Assembly (NCBI GenBank): GCA_030324005.1
Contig: JARDVH010000025.1
Span: forward strand, 53,193,410 to 53,257,196
Direction of reading: 5' to 3'
Length of the DNA stretch: 63,787 nucleotides
Source: Negaprion brevirostris
Taxonomy: Eukaryota
Made by a program: the position numbers and the translations under genes. The notes beneath the pieces were generated by a model. That model did not search any database and had not been told where the DNA came from. It saw nothing but the letters and a program-made list of their open reading frames with translations. Positions within the stretch are counted from its first letter, which is position 1; each line of letters starts with the position of its first letter. Of the stretch, positions 1 through 11,460 are shown piece after piece.

Positions 1-2549
1 AAACAATGGACTATTGAATTGGGATGAAATAGCATCACAAATGCTACTATCAGCAATTAAGTGTTGTGCAATTTCAACATAAACTACATCTATCAAACAA
101 TTTCAAATAAAGATCTACAAATTGGTGTATTGTTTAAACCTGAGAATTAATTCTGGTGAAAATACTTAGAGCGTTAATATTTAACTCAATCAAATAAATC
201 AAATGTTAAACTATTATATTGGTGATGTCAGATCTTCTAAAGAAAAACATTTACTTTGTAATATGACTTGAGAATATTTGTCAGTAGGTGATTTTAAATT
301 TATTTTCACTTTAAATTTATTTCAAAAATGTTAAGCTGGCATAACCTGGTTAAAGTAATAGCCAGTCAAATTTCATTCGCTCCGATGACTGAAGATGGGG
401 GAAAAACTTCGGCAATAATGGGGAAAAAGTTGACAAGGGAGCCCTAGAGAATTTTTAAAGGCTTTTTTCTTTGAACATTACAATCTTTTGTAAAATTATA
501 CATCCATGTGTCACAGTAGAGTCAGCAATCTTTTATATGTTGCAAGTAAAGTTGACAACTGGTGATTGAAACTGTCTGCAGCCACTCTACCTGAGCGAGC
601 AGCTTATGTTGTAGCTGGTTAATGTTGCAATGACTGACCAGTTGGCATGGGACCATACTGCCAGTGATGCCGGAAGGCCCAAGGGGCAGCATCATTCTTG
701 TCGAGAGGCAATTGAAATGCCTAAAATGAAGAATGCAATAAATAAGCAGACAGATGGATATCATAAAGTAAATAGCAGTTGATGTCCCATAGCATTATTC
801 ATGGTGAGTTGGAAGGTAATGTTGTTATGAAGACTAGTGGTTTGCAATGCCTCTATCAGGTAGATTTTAGGTTATTGTGGATGTTGATAGTATAGTAAAG
901 ATGGACTGTAGAGTTGGACCTATCAGATGATTTGGCAATAGTTGGCAACATTGGGGAGGAGAAAGAGGTTACCAGGATTTGCCAGAGCCAGGGAGCATGT
1001 CAAAGTCTAGAACACTAGGATGAGGATTTGAGCTCTGGCAACACTGTGAAATCAGGTTCTTGATCTGGGAGCAACAATATCTATTTGAGTAAAGGTCCCA
1101 GAATGTTACAGCATTTGGAAATGACAGGGTGCAAGAGTGGGATGTCTTTGGGATCAGTAGTATGGGATTCCCATGGTCTGGCATCACTGGAGAGGGAAGA
1201 TCTCATGCAATCCTCCTCTTATCCTAGCCCTGGCTCATTTCCAGCCGACAGCCTGATTTCAGGCTTAAAACCAACTTTAAACTGTGTTACTCTATTAAAT
1301 AATTGTATGCTGACATATAATTGGAAAACATAATAGTTGAGTGCTTTTCACACTTAAAACCATCTTCAAGATTCATATTGTTAGGCACAACTGGCACCGA
1401 GAGCAGCTGGAGGATGCAGTAGTATTGCATTAAAGGAACAGAGAGGATCATCATCCATTTGCCCATGATTTCTGAAGTATCCCAAACTTATATTTTCACT
1501 TCAGCCTCCTATGGTGAAGAATGTGTACTAAAAGAAAGGGTGTGTATCGAAAGAGAGTAGGTGTGATCCCATTAACTGACAGTGGCAGGATAAAAGAAGT
1601 GGATCCCCAGAATCTCAAAGCCACTGTAGGCTTTCGTCAAACATGCAGTGGAAGGTTCCTCAATCTCAGCCATAAATAGTTCTACCAATCACCATGCAGC
1701 ATTCCACGTATACAATACTTACTTCAAAGATTTTAGATTAATTTCTTTTGATCAGCTCATAATTTTTTTCTAAGCGTTTGACCCAGGTTGTCAACACTGG
1801 CTAGCATCAGTAGATTTGAATGCACCAGCGCTGAATGTAGAGGAAAAGGTCAATAAGCCAGGCAAAGCCATAACTCACAGACTCTTCACAGGGCTCCCTG
1901 GAGACATTGGGATCAATAGTTAAGCCAATTATGATCTCGACCTTTTTCAATATCATAGCCAAGAATATTTAAATTTGAAAGCTGGTCTAGAATATATGTT
2001 TTTGATGGCTGACTCCTTTGCAGTCTTGCCATTATAGAGAAATATATAGAAAGTACTGAAGGAATGATACAAGAACGGGATCTAAAAAGCCTATTCACCC
2101 CGATGGCTCTATTTCTATTAATATCTATCATGAACTCTGAACAACCCATTTAATCCCTTGNNNNNNNNNNNNNNNNNNNNNNNNNNNNNNNNNNNNNNNN
2201 NNNNNNNNNNNNNNNNNNNNNNNNNNNNNNNNNNNNNNNNNNNNNNNNNNNNNNNNNNNNGAGAGAAGGTTTTGTAATGTTACCCTCAGGAATGACTGGC
2301 TGACAGATCTGCTACTTGCTTATCAAGTGGGTTAAGAGCCCTGACCCTATTGAGCTCCAGCCTCATTTAAATCTCACTGGCAAGCTGCAAATTCAGAATA
2401 GTTCTCACTGCAGCTCTTCTTCCGGAGTGGCTCCAGAACAGCCCCACAAGTAGGCTCAAGGTTCTAAATACGCAGTGGGAAAAAAATGACTGGCCATAAT
2501 CTGAAATAAGTATTGCTCTCCTGCTCCTCCTGATTCCACCAAAATGCAA

Positions 2550-2800
2550 CCATAAAGCATATAGTGAGGTCATTCAGCCCATTGTGCCTCTGTTGGCTCT
2601 TTCAATGAGTTATCAACTTTGTTTCACTCTATTGTGCTTTCCCACAGCCTTGTAAATCTTTTCTTACTAAGTATATAAACAATTCTCTTTGAGTGTTACT
2701 TGCACCATTTTAATCAAGCTGTATATTCCAGATCACAACAGACCCCTGTGCAAGTCTCCTCATCTCCTCCAGTTCTTTTGTCAATCATCTTAAATTTAAG
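2550..2800 (-). mobile_element. Old CR1-type LINE 3' end fragment
   Basis: Degenerate gaggtcattcagcccattgtgcct tail motif plus attccagatcacaac (reverse complement of the VVxIWN segment), similar to other CR1 tails in the window. Confidence 0.5.
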
Positions 2801-3004
2801 CCAAAATGTTTCTGGACCACTTTAGGAACACCATATAGTAGTCTCACAAAGAACCATTGGTTAGGCTGCTCAATACCAGGACACATGGACAAAGCATATG
2901 CAACAATCATATTGCAATTGGTATCTGAACTACATCAGAGGGCCCTCATTGATATAATCAACAGGCTTCCTGCCTGAAGTAATTGTGAAATAAAGGAATT
3001 GTAA

Positions 3005-3290
3005 CACAGTGGTTGAAGCATTGGACAAAGAATCCAGAAGCCTGGACTAATGATCTGGAGACAGGTGTTCAAATCATGTCACAGCAACTAGGGAATTTAA
3101 ATTAAATTAACTTGGGATAAAAAGCTCATACCAGTATTAGAAACCATGTAGCAATTGTCATAAAAACCCATCTGGTTCACAAATATTCTTTAAGGAAGAA
3201 AATCATCATCCTTCCCCATCTAGTTCATTGCAATATGGTTGACTCTTAACAACCCTCTGAAATGGCCTATCAAACCACTCAACTGTATCT
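3005..3290 (+). mobile_element. tRNA-derived SINE, family B
   Basis: tRNA-like head then the core aaaaacccatctggttcac...aatatggttgactcttaacaaccctctgaaatggcct, shared with copies at 5858, 6608, 60275 and 60778. Confidence 0.7.
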
Positions 3291-3428
3291 AAATAGTTAG
3301 AAGAAACAATAATGTAATCTGAGCAACCACCTGACATTAACCTAGTTACTAGACCCGACAAGGACAGTCAACTTGGCAAATTTCTCTTCCTCAGCTGCAG
3401 AGCGCAACTTGATAAGTCTCCTTCAATA

Positions 3429-4433
3429 CAAAGACCAAAGAACAATACAGCACAGGAACAGGCCCTTCAGCTCTCCAAGCCTGCATCGATCATGAGTTCC
3501 TAACTAGACCATTCGTTTGTATCCCTCAATTCCCAATCTGTTCATGTGGCTCTTTAGATAAGTCTTAAATGATCGTGGCGTGTCTGCCTCAACCACCTTG
3601 TTAGGTAGTGCATTCCAGGCCCCCACCACCCTCTGTGTAAAATAGGNNNNNNNNNNNNNNNNNNNNNNNNNNNNNNNNNNNNNNNNNNNNNNNNNNNNNN
3701 NNNNNNNNTCCAACCTGGGAAAAAGCTTCCAACTGTTCACCCTCTCTATGCCCACCATAATTTTATAAACTTCTGTTAGGTCGTCCCCCAACCTCCATCT
3801 TTCCAGGGAGAACAACCTTAGTTTATTCAATCTCACCTCATAGCTAAGACCCTCCATACCAGGCAACATCCTGGTAAACCTTTTCTGTACTCTGTCCAAA
3901 GTCTCCACGTCCTTCCGGTAGTGTGGCACTAAAACTAGACGCAATATTCCAAATGTGGCCGAACCAACGTTCTATATAACTGCGACATCATGTGCCAACT
4001 TTTATATTCTATGCCCCAGCCAATAAAGGCAAACATGCCATATGCCTTCTTCACCACCTTTTCCAACTGTGTTGCCACCTTTAAGGATCTGTGGACTTGC
4101 ACACCCAGATCCCTCTATGTGTCTATACTCCTGATGGTTCTGCCATTTATTGTATAGCTCCCCCCTGCATTAAATCAACCAAAATGCATCACTTCACATT
4201 TATCTAGATTAAATTCCATCTGCCATTTCTCTGCCCAATTTTCCAATGTGTCAATATCCTGCTGTATTCTCTGACAATGTTCAACACTACCTGCAACTCC
4301 AGTGATCTTTTGTGTGGTCCACAAACTTATTAATCAGACCAGCTACATCTTCTTCCAAATCATTTATATATATATCACAAACAGCAGAGGTCCCAGTCAG
4401 AGCTCTGCAGAATACCACTAGTCACAGACCTAC
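3429..4433 (-). mobile_element. CR1/HER1-like LINE, 5'-truncated (RT C-terminus and 3' UTR)
   Basis: ORF 3504-3944 reads PHYRKDVETLDRVQKRFTRMLPGMEGLSYEVRLNKLRLFSLE...FTQRVVGAWNALP, typical of CR1 ORF2; tail acagcacaggaacaggccc; interrupted by stops and frameshifts. Confidence 0.92.
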
Positions 4434-4703
4434 CAGAACTGCAACTGCCACCACTTAGAAGATCAATGGAAGCAGATGCATTGGAACATCTGCAAGTTCT
4501 CTTCCAAGTTGTATCTGTAAGTAAGTATATATTTTGTTAAAAGCCTTATTGAAACATTCTTTACNNNNNNNNNNNNNNNNNNNNNNNNNNNNNNNNNNNN
4601 NNNNNNNNNNNNNNNNNNNNNNNNNNNNNNNNNNNNNNNNNNNNNNNNNNNNNNNNNNNNNNNNNNNNNNNNNNNNNNNNNNNNNNNNNNNNNNNNNNNN
4701 NNN

Positions 4704-4863
4704 TCTGGTTTCCTCCCACAGTCCAAAGGACATGCTGGAGTAGATGTATTGGCTATGCTAAATTCTCCGTCAGTGTGGTGTTGTGTGGCAACTGGGCGAT
4801 CTTCACAGTAGCTTTATTGCAGTGTCAATCTAAGCCTACTTGTGACAATAATAAATAAACTTA
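4704..4863 (+). mobile_element. V-domain SINE, tail type 2 (5' part in gap)
   Basis: ggtttcctcccacagtccaaag V-domain motif and tail aagcctacttgtgacaataataaataaac. Confidence 0.8.
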
Positions 4864-4994
4864 AATATTCAGGACTTTCATATTCTGAGCAGAATATTGT
4901 ATTAAGATGAAATATGAGAACCATTGGTTGAAAAGCACAAGGAAAGATTACCAGTTACAATTTCATCTCCCAGCCATAAGCCATTCTGGCTTAG

Positions 4995-5185
4995 AAAGAT
5001 ATCACTGTTCCTTTATTATCACTGGATCAAAATCCTGGAACTCCTGATCTAACAGCACTCTGGGTATACCCGCATCAGATGTACTGTAACAGTTGAAGAA
5101 GGTGTTCCAGTGGCACTTCACAAGGGCAATTAGGGATGGACAATAAGTCCTGGCCTTTCCCATGACATCACATACTGTGAACATT
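4995..5185 (+). mobile_element. LINE family B 3' end (upstream pieces at about 3393-3426 and 4436-4512)
   Basis: atatcactgttccttt...tcaaaatcctggaactcc (KSWNS) and tail caagggcaattagggatgg; homologous to 7220-7420 and 62640-62845. Confidence 0.7.
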
Positions 5186-5354
5186 TGGCCACTCGAAGGA
5201 ACACCCCTTTAAAAATGATGCCAGCTGGAGCAACAGCTGGAGTATTGATATTACTATTGTGGTAGCTTCACCATCTCAAGTTCTTACCATCCCGACCCTG
5301 CTATTGATATTGTTTTAGCCATGTGAATACCTGCCCTTTCTCATCATCATATTG

Positions 5355-5488
5355 GTGACAGTACAAAGTCTCACAATACCAGGTTAAAGTCCAACAGGTT
5401 TGTTTGGAATCATGAGTTTTCAGAGTGCTGCTTTTTCATCAGTAGAGCGGAGTGTTCTTGATGAAAGGGCAATATTCCAAAAGTTTGC
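5355..5488. mobile_element. Penelope-like terminal repeat relic with inverted hammerhead-like halves
   Basis: caccaggttaaagtccaacagg-type motif shared with 18065-18160; ttcatcag and ttgatgaa face each other as an inverted pair. Confidence 0.55.
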
Positions 5489-5857
5489 NNNNNNNNNNNN
5501 NNNNNNNNNNNNNNNNNNNNNNNNNNNNNNNNNNNNNNNNNNNNNNNNNNNNNNNNNNNNNNNNNNNNNNNNNNNNNNNNNNNNNNNNNNNNNNNNNNNN
5601 NNNNNNNNNNNNNNNNNNNNNNNNNNNNNNNNNNNNNNNNNNNNNNNNNNNNNNNNNNNNNNNNNNNNNNNNNNNNNNNNGCAGTACTGAGAGAATGCGA
5701 CACTGTTGGAGGTGCTGAATTTCAGATTAGATGTTAAACTAAGGCTCTGTCTGCCTACCTGGATAGACGCAAAGGATTCCATGGCACTATTTTAAGGGTA
5801 GGGGAGTTATCCCTAGTGCCCTGACCAATATTTATCCTTAAATCAACAGCACAAAGT

Positions 5858-6217
5858 GGAAGGTGGTGATGTAGTGATAATATCACTAGCCCTGTAATCC
5901 AAGGGCCCAGGCTAATATTCTAGGGGCGTGGGTTCAATTCCCAACAGAGCAGCTGGTAAAATTTAAACCCCAATAATAAATCAAGAATATAAATCTAGTG
6001 ACCATGAAACCAGTGTCCATTGTTGTAAAAATCCACCTGGTTCACTCACGCAGTTTAGAAAAGGGAATCTCGCCATCTTATCCAATCTGGCCTTTATGTG
6101 ATTTCAGGCTCTCAGCAATGTGGTTGACTCACTCAACTTCACTTTAAAATGGCCTAGCAAGCCATTCAGTTCAAAGGCAATTTGAGATGGGAAACAAATG
6201 CTGGCCTGTTGGGTGAC
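5858..6217 (+). mobile_element. SINE family B, near full length, nested in the Deu-SINE
   Basis: A-box-like gtagtgataa, B-box gggttcaattccc, core ctggttcact...gcaatgtggttgactc, tail ggcaatttgagatgggaaacaaatgctggcc. Confidence 0.8.
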
Positions 6218-6274
6218 ATTGCTATTTGTGGAAGTTTGCTATGTACGTATTGGCTGCCACATTTCCTAAATTAT

Positions 6275-6408
6275 GGGCGGGATTCTGCAATCTCATTCAT
6301 TTCTGTCCCGCAGCCAGTGAGAATGAAGAATTTGATGCTCAGCCAAAACTCCATTCACTGCAACACTGGAGAATCCCTGTTCTAGACAAGGTCGGAGATC
6401 TCCGGAAT
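6275..6408. mobile_element. Short MITE (GGGCGGGATTCT terminus)
   Basis: Internal gccagtgagaatgaagaatttg...ctccattcactgca matches the element at 21404-21541. Confidence 0.7.
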
Positions 6409-6607
6409 ATAACAGTGATTATTTTTCAAATGTAGTTAATTGGTTGTAAAGTGCTTTGAGAGGTTTGGTGGCAATGAAGAACCACTGTAAGCTTTTTACC
6501 TCCAAACTCCTTTTCAATCTCTACATGGCTCATTCAAACTTTAATTATTTAATGTTTTCCCATATCAAATGTCTCCCCATTATGTCAGATCTTGGCCCTA
6601 TTCTCTT

Positions 6608-6737
6608 GTTAATTGTCATAAAAACCTATCTGGTTCACTAATGTCTTTTAGGGAAGGAAATCTGCTGTCCTTATCTTGACTGGCCTATATGTGACTGCAG
6701 ATCTGCAGTAATGTGATTGAGTCTTATTACCCTCTGA
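6608..6737 (+). mobile_element. SINE family B core fragment
   Basis: tctggttcactaatgtcttttagggaaggaaatctgc. Confidence 0.75.
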
Positions 6738-6751
6738 ANNNNNNNNNNNNN

Positions 6752-6858
6752 ACAACCTGCGGTTCCTCACCCTCCCCTTTCAGGATGTCTGGGACGCGTC
6801 CAGAGACATCCCGGATCCCAGCTCCAGGGAGACAAACCACCATCCGTGACTCCCGTCT
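6752..6858 (-). mobile_element. CR1 ORF1 esterase (SGNH-like) fragment
   Basis: RESRMVVCLPGAGIRDVSGRVPDILKGEGEEPQV resembles the CR1 ORF1p motif VCCLPGARVRDVS...ILKGEGEQP. Confidence 0.8.
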
Positions 6859-6929
6859 TCTCTCCTTAACATTTAACAATGCCACCATTGTTGAATTCTT
6901 ATCTTCAAAGCATCTCTTCCATCTACACG

Positions 6930-7420
6930 ATTCAAGACAGGAGGGTGATGGATTACTCACCACTTGCCTGGATGAGTTAGGTACAGTAACATTCAAGACG
7001 CTTGATGCTGTCCAGGACAGAGCAGTGTCTTTGATTGATGCCCTAATCCATTCCTTCCATCATTAGAAGTTGTTGCTTTCAACCCATAATACATGCTGTA
7101 GAAACTTAACAAACTTGACAATATCTCCTAGCCTCATGATGTCCACCACCAAGGACAAGAGCACCCATGTCCAAGACACCACCGAATTCCTTTCCAAGTC
7201 ACACAACTTTCATGACTTAAAGATATATCACCATTCATTTCTTAACATTGGTTCAGTATTCTGAAATTCTCTATTTACTGCATTGCCATTGCACAAGTAC
7301 CATCGTCACAAGGACTACAGTGATTTTTGGACAGACTGCACTGTCTTCTTGTAACAATGAGAAATGGACAAGAAGTACAGCCTTACCAATGTTGGTTGTG
7401 TGTTGAAATCAAATAAAAGC
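6930..7420 (+). mobile_element. Decayed LINE family B 3' portion
   Basis: FKTLDAVQDRAVSLI resembles the LINE RT C-terminal LDxIQxKAxRLI motif; 3' UTR matches 4995-5185. Confidence 0.65.
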
Positions 7421-7967
7421 AGTCCAATAATCACATGGATGTGAAAATGGACCTGCAGCTGGCATTTTCCTCCCACTTTCCCAAAGCCCACTTTCTGCTG
7501 TCCACCTGTACAGGAGCTAAAACATTTTCTTTTTGTTTTGGATATAGTTGATTAGTGAATGAAGCTGAAATGAACAATTTCTTCCTAGCCTTGTGTTGTC
7601 TTTCACTGTAAAAACCATCAGTCAATATAAGTGGTCAGAGAATATTATACAATTCCTTCTTCCAAGGCACAAGAGAGAGTAATACAATGAGGATAATTGT
7701 ATAAACCAAACTACCAATTCAAAGGGTTATGCAAATAAACTAATGAAGAGCAATATGTAGAAGTAAGTATTCTTATTTAGAAAGGCTAGTTTATCATTAA
7801 TGGTGATATTGTGAATGGAAGTTGCCATAAAAGTTAAAATTAAAGATTTATTTTAAAAAATAAATGTTCTACAGGTATTCCTAAAGCTGCAACAAATAAT
7901 TGATACTCAACGTATTTATTATGCCATCCTAGGAACATGATCTGTGCTCACAAGAACATAAGAAATA

Positions 7968-8426
7968 GGGTGGCATGGTGACACAGTGGTTAGCACTGCT
8001 GCCTCATGGCACCAGGGACACAGGTTTGATCTTCAGCTTGGGTCACTGTCTGTGCGGAGTCTGCACATTCTTTCCACATCTGCATGGGTTTCCTCTGGGT
8101 GTTCTGGTTTCCTTCCACAGTCTGAAACCATGCTAAATTCTCCCTCAGTGAACGCGAACAGGTGCCGGAGGGCAGCAACTAGGGGATTTTCACAGTAACT
8201 TCATTGCAATGTTAATGTAAACATACTTGTGACNNNNNNNNNNNNNNNNNNNNNNNNNNNNNNNNNNNNNNNNNNNNNNNNNNNNNNNNNNNNNNNNNNN
8301 NNNNNNNNNNNNNNNNNNNNNNNNNNNNNNNNNAGGTGCCGGAGGGCAGCAACTAGGGGATTTTCACAGTAACTTCATTGCAATGTTAATGTAAACATAC
8401 TTGTGACACTAACAAATAAAATTTTA
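7968..8426 (+). mobile_element. V-domain SINE, tail type 2 (tail duplicated across a gap)
   Basis: Head ggtggcatggtgacacagtggttagcactgctgcctca, V-domain, tail cttgtgacactaacaaataaa. Confidence 0.88.
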
Positions 8427-8427
8427 A

Positions 8428-8710
8428 GATCGTAGCAGCTTATTTGGCTAGAGGTCCAGTGATCATGAAAAAAAGAACTCCGCCATTCAGTAAGACCATT
8501 TTCCTGTTGATTCCCCATATCCCTTAACTCCCTGAGGGACCAAAAACCTGTCTACCCCAGACTGAAATATATTCAACAGTGGAGCATCCACAATCCTCTG
8601 GGGTAGACAATTCCAAAGATTCACAACTCTTTCTGTGACTTAATTTCTCCACACCTCACTCCTAAATTATCTGCTGCTTATCTGGAGACTGTGTCTCCAT
8701 GTTTTAGACT
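8428..8710 (-). mobile_element. CR1 3' end; its terminal aagaacataagaaatag lies at about 7950-7967, on the other side of the SINE
   Basis: ccgccattcagtaagaccat and aattccaaagattcacaactct (RVVNLWN) motifs. Confidence 0.65.
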
Positions 8711-9054
8711 GCTGTCTCATGCTCTCCCCAGTAGTAATCAATTGTTTTGTGTCAGAAGATGTGAGTCTGTTTATTATTGATGTTTGCTGTGTTTGACTGG
8801 TTAAGCCTCAGTGTGGAGACAGAGGAAAGTGAACAAAGTGTAGAAAGAGCTAGAAGTTCATGTTGAAGCATGCAGTTGACATTTTAAAGTTTAAAATATA
8901 AAGTTTATATTTTAGTGTCACAAGTAGGCTTACATTAACACTGCAATGAAGTTGCTGTGAAAATCCCCTAGTTGCCACAGTCATATGTAGGAATTTTGTA
9001 ATTTTTATATAACTGAGAGAAATAGAATATACAACATACAAGACCAATTTAACT

Positions 9055-9400
9055 TTCCTAAGGTTTGGTATCCAAAACTAAACACAGTACTCCGGAGGAT
9101 TCTGTCCAAGCCTCACTACAACAGAAAGATCATTTCCTCGGTTTTTTTTTACCCTGCTTAAGAAAGAAGCTGGCATTCCATTAGCCTTATTGATTACTTT
9201 TCATACCAGTGCATTAGCTTTAAGTGATCTGCAAACATGGATACCCACATCACATTGCTCCAACACAGCTGCTGGTCTATCACAACAAAATATTTTGATG
9301 TCTTTCTCATATCCAAAATAAATGGTCTAACACTTCCTTACTTTGAATTCCATCTGCCATTGTTTTTCTTTTAACTCAAATTGTCTATCTGTGGCTGTTC
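9055..9400 (-). mobile_element. Highly decayed CR1 RT fragment
   Basis: ttgaattccatctgcca (WQMEFK) and acacagtactcc (EYCV) motifs. Confidence 0.55.
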
Positions 9401-9751
9401 GAACATCCTGTTTCCATTTACATGAAGTATTGACTTAATATCATCCACATTTACCCCAAACTCTGCAAAATTTTAGTTTCTGGGATCAATAAGCATCTGG
9501 ACTTGAAAGCTACTAAATCTTTCACATAGATAAGAATGCATGGGAAAAAATAGATCTAACTTTTTTAGATTGCTACATTAAGAGTCAATCAACGATGGCT
9601 TCAATGAAAAGGTTTCAAGAGTGAAAGGATCAGGAGAGAATCAAACCTCTGACCATGATTTAGTATTGTGTTAATATAGTTGAGGGTAAACATGTTAACT
9701 TGATTGTGATGAGAACAGATTTCTATACACATATATGTAAATCTCCCAACA

Positions 9752-9965
9752 AATAGAACCATAGAATCCCTACATTGCAGAAGAAGGCTATCTGGCCCAT
9801 CAAGTTTGCAGTGACCACTATCCTATCCAGGCCCTATCCTCTTAACCCCATATATTTACCTTGCTAGTTCCCCTGACACTCTGGGGCAATTTACCATGGC
9901 CAATCAACCTAATCCCCACATCTTTGGACTTGGGGGGGAAACCAGAGCACCCAGAAGAAAGCCAT
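9752..9965 (-). mobile_element. HE1-like V-SINE with CR1-type tail
   Basis: catagaatccctac...ggcccatc tail and catggccaatcaacctaa...catctttggact V-domain on the reverse strand. Confidence 0.88.
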
Positions 9966-10469
9966 GCTCTCATCTTGGGTGACACTGAGTTCAGGGGTAG
10001 AATTTTCTCAGGCAAATTCTAAGGGGGCAATTTCACCATGTGAGAGAGCTGAGAAATCAGGGTCGGGCCAATTTCACACCTTTCGCAATCTTACCAGCAC
10101 TGGTTATCCGGCGCATTCAGCCTTCCGTCCACTTTACTTGTTTTTGTGGCCTTCCCGGGAGAGCTTCTCTTTGGTGAGGAAAACGCCTAATCCACCAGTT
10201 GTTTTTACCTTGCTGGTAGAGACTTTGGACAGTTCCATTACACTTACCTGAACAGTTACCCAGGAAATATGAAGCACCAGCCATCTTGTCTAACTCCTGG
10301 GTAACTATAGAACCGAGCCCTGCAATCACTCACAATGACACCACCTCCCAAACCCCAACCCCAGCCAACACCCCCACTAACCTCTTGACCACCGCAACCT
10401 GACCTGACCATTCTTTCTAACCACGGTCCCTCCAAACAACCAACTACTCTATTACTACATTAAACTATT

Positions 10470-11460
10470 ACCTTACAGCAGGATACAAAGTTGATTGGAG
10501 ATTTGGACAGAGAGATGGCAGATGAAGTTTAATCTGGACAAGGTAATGCATTTTGGAAGGTCTAATACAGATGGGAAATATACACTAAATGGCACAACCC
10601 TTAGGAGTATTGATAGGCAGAGAGATTTAGGTGTACAGGGTACACAGGTCACTGAAAGTGGCAACGCAGGTGGAAAAGATAGTCAAGAAGGCATATGGCA
10701 TGTTTACCTTCATCAGCCGGGGCATTGAGTTTGAAAATTGGCAAGCCATGTTGTAGCTTTATAGAACCTTCGTTAGGCCGCACTTGAAATGTAGTGTTCA
10801 ATTCTGGTTGCCACACTACCAGAAGGATGTGGAGGGGGTACAGAAAATATGTACCAGGATGTTGCCTGGCATGGAGGGCATTAGCTTTGAGGAGAGGTTG
10901 GAGAAACTTGGTTTCTTCTCACTGGAATGAAGAGGTTGAGGGGTGACCTAATAGATAGCTACAAGATTATGAAAGGCATGGACAGAGTGGATAGTCAGAA
11001 GCTTTTTCCCAGAGTGGAAATGTCAATTACCAGGGGGCATAGGTTTAAGGTGTAAGGGACAAGGTTTAAAGGAGATGTACGAGGCAAGTTTTTTACACAG
11101 NNNNNNNNNNNNNNNNNNNNNNNNNNNNNNNNNNNNNNNNNNNNNNNNNNNNNNNNNNNNNNNNNNNNNNNNNNNNNNNNNNNNNNNNNNNNNNNNNNNN
11201 TAAAGGAGATGTACGAGGCAAGTTTTTTACACAGAGAGTTGTGGGTGCCTGGAACTCACTGCCGGGAGATGTAGTGGAAGCAAATACAATTGTGAGTTTT
11301 AAGGGGCGTCTGGACAAATACATGAATAGGATGACAATAGAGGGATATGGTCCCTGAAAAGGTAGGGGGTTTTAGTTCAGTCGGACAGCATAGTCAGCTT
11401 GGGGGGGGTGGGCGGGGGGCAGCGGCCTGTTCCTGTGCTGTAATTTTATTTGATCTTTAT
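10470..11460 (+). mobile_element. CR1/HER1-like LINE, 5'-truncated
   Basis: WTERWQMKFNLDKVMHFGRSN, then LVRPHL and PHYQKDV-type motifs; tail ggcctgttcctgtgctgtaa. Confidence 0.92.

Larger units (their letters stand above)
5681..6495 (+). mobile_element. Deu-domain SINE (SacSINE1/AmnSINE-like) split by nested insertions
   Basis: gcagtactgag...ccatggcactattt...ccaatatttatcc (5681-5857), ttgctatttgtggaagtttgct...ttggctgccacatttcct (6218-6272) and aacagtga...ttggttgtaaagtgctttg (6409-6495) are collinear pieces of the Deu-SINE consensus as recalled. Confidence 0.75.

Noticed and set aside
500-1200. Possible very old LINE remnant
   Set aside because: No motif could be read with confidence.
7968-8045. 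tRNA-like sequences here and at other SINE heads
   Set aside because: They have Pol III A/B boxes but continue into SINE bodies; they are not tRNA genes.
8160-8410. Exact direct repeat flanking a 100-N gap (also 11068-11100 versus 11201-11233)
   Set aside because: Typical unmerged contig overlap, an assembly artefact.
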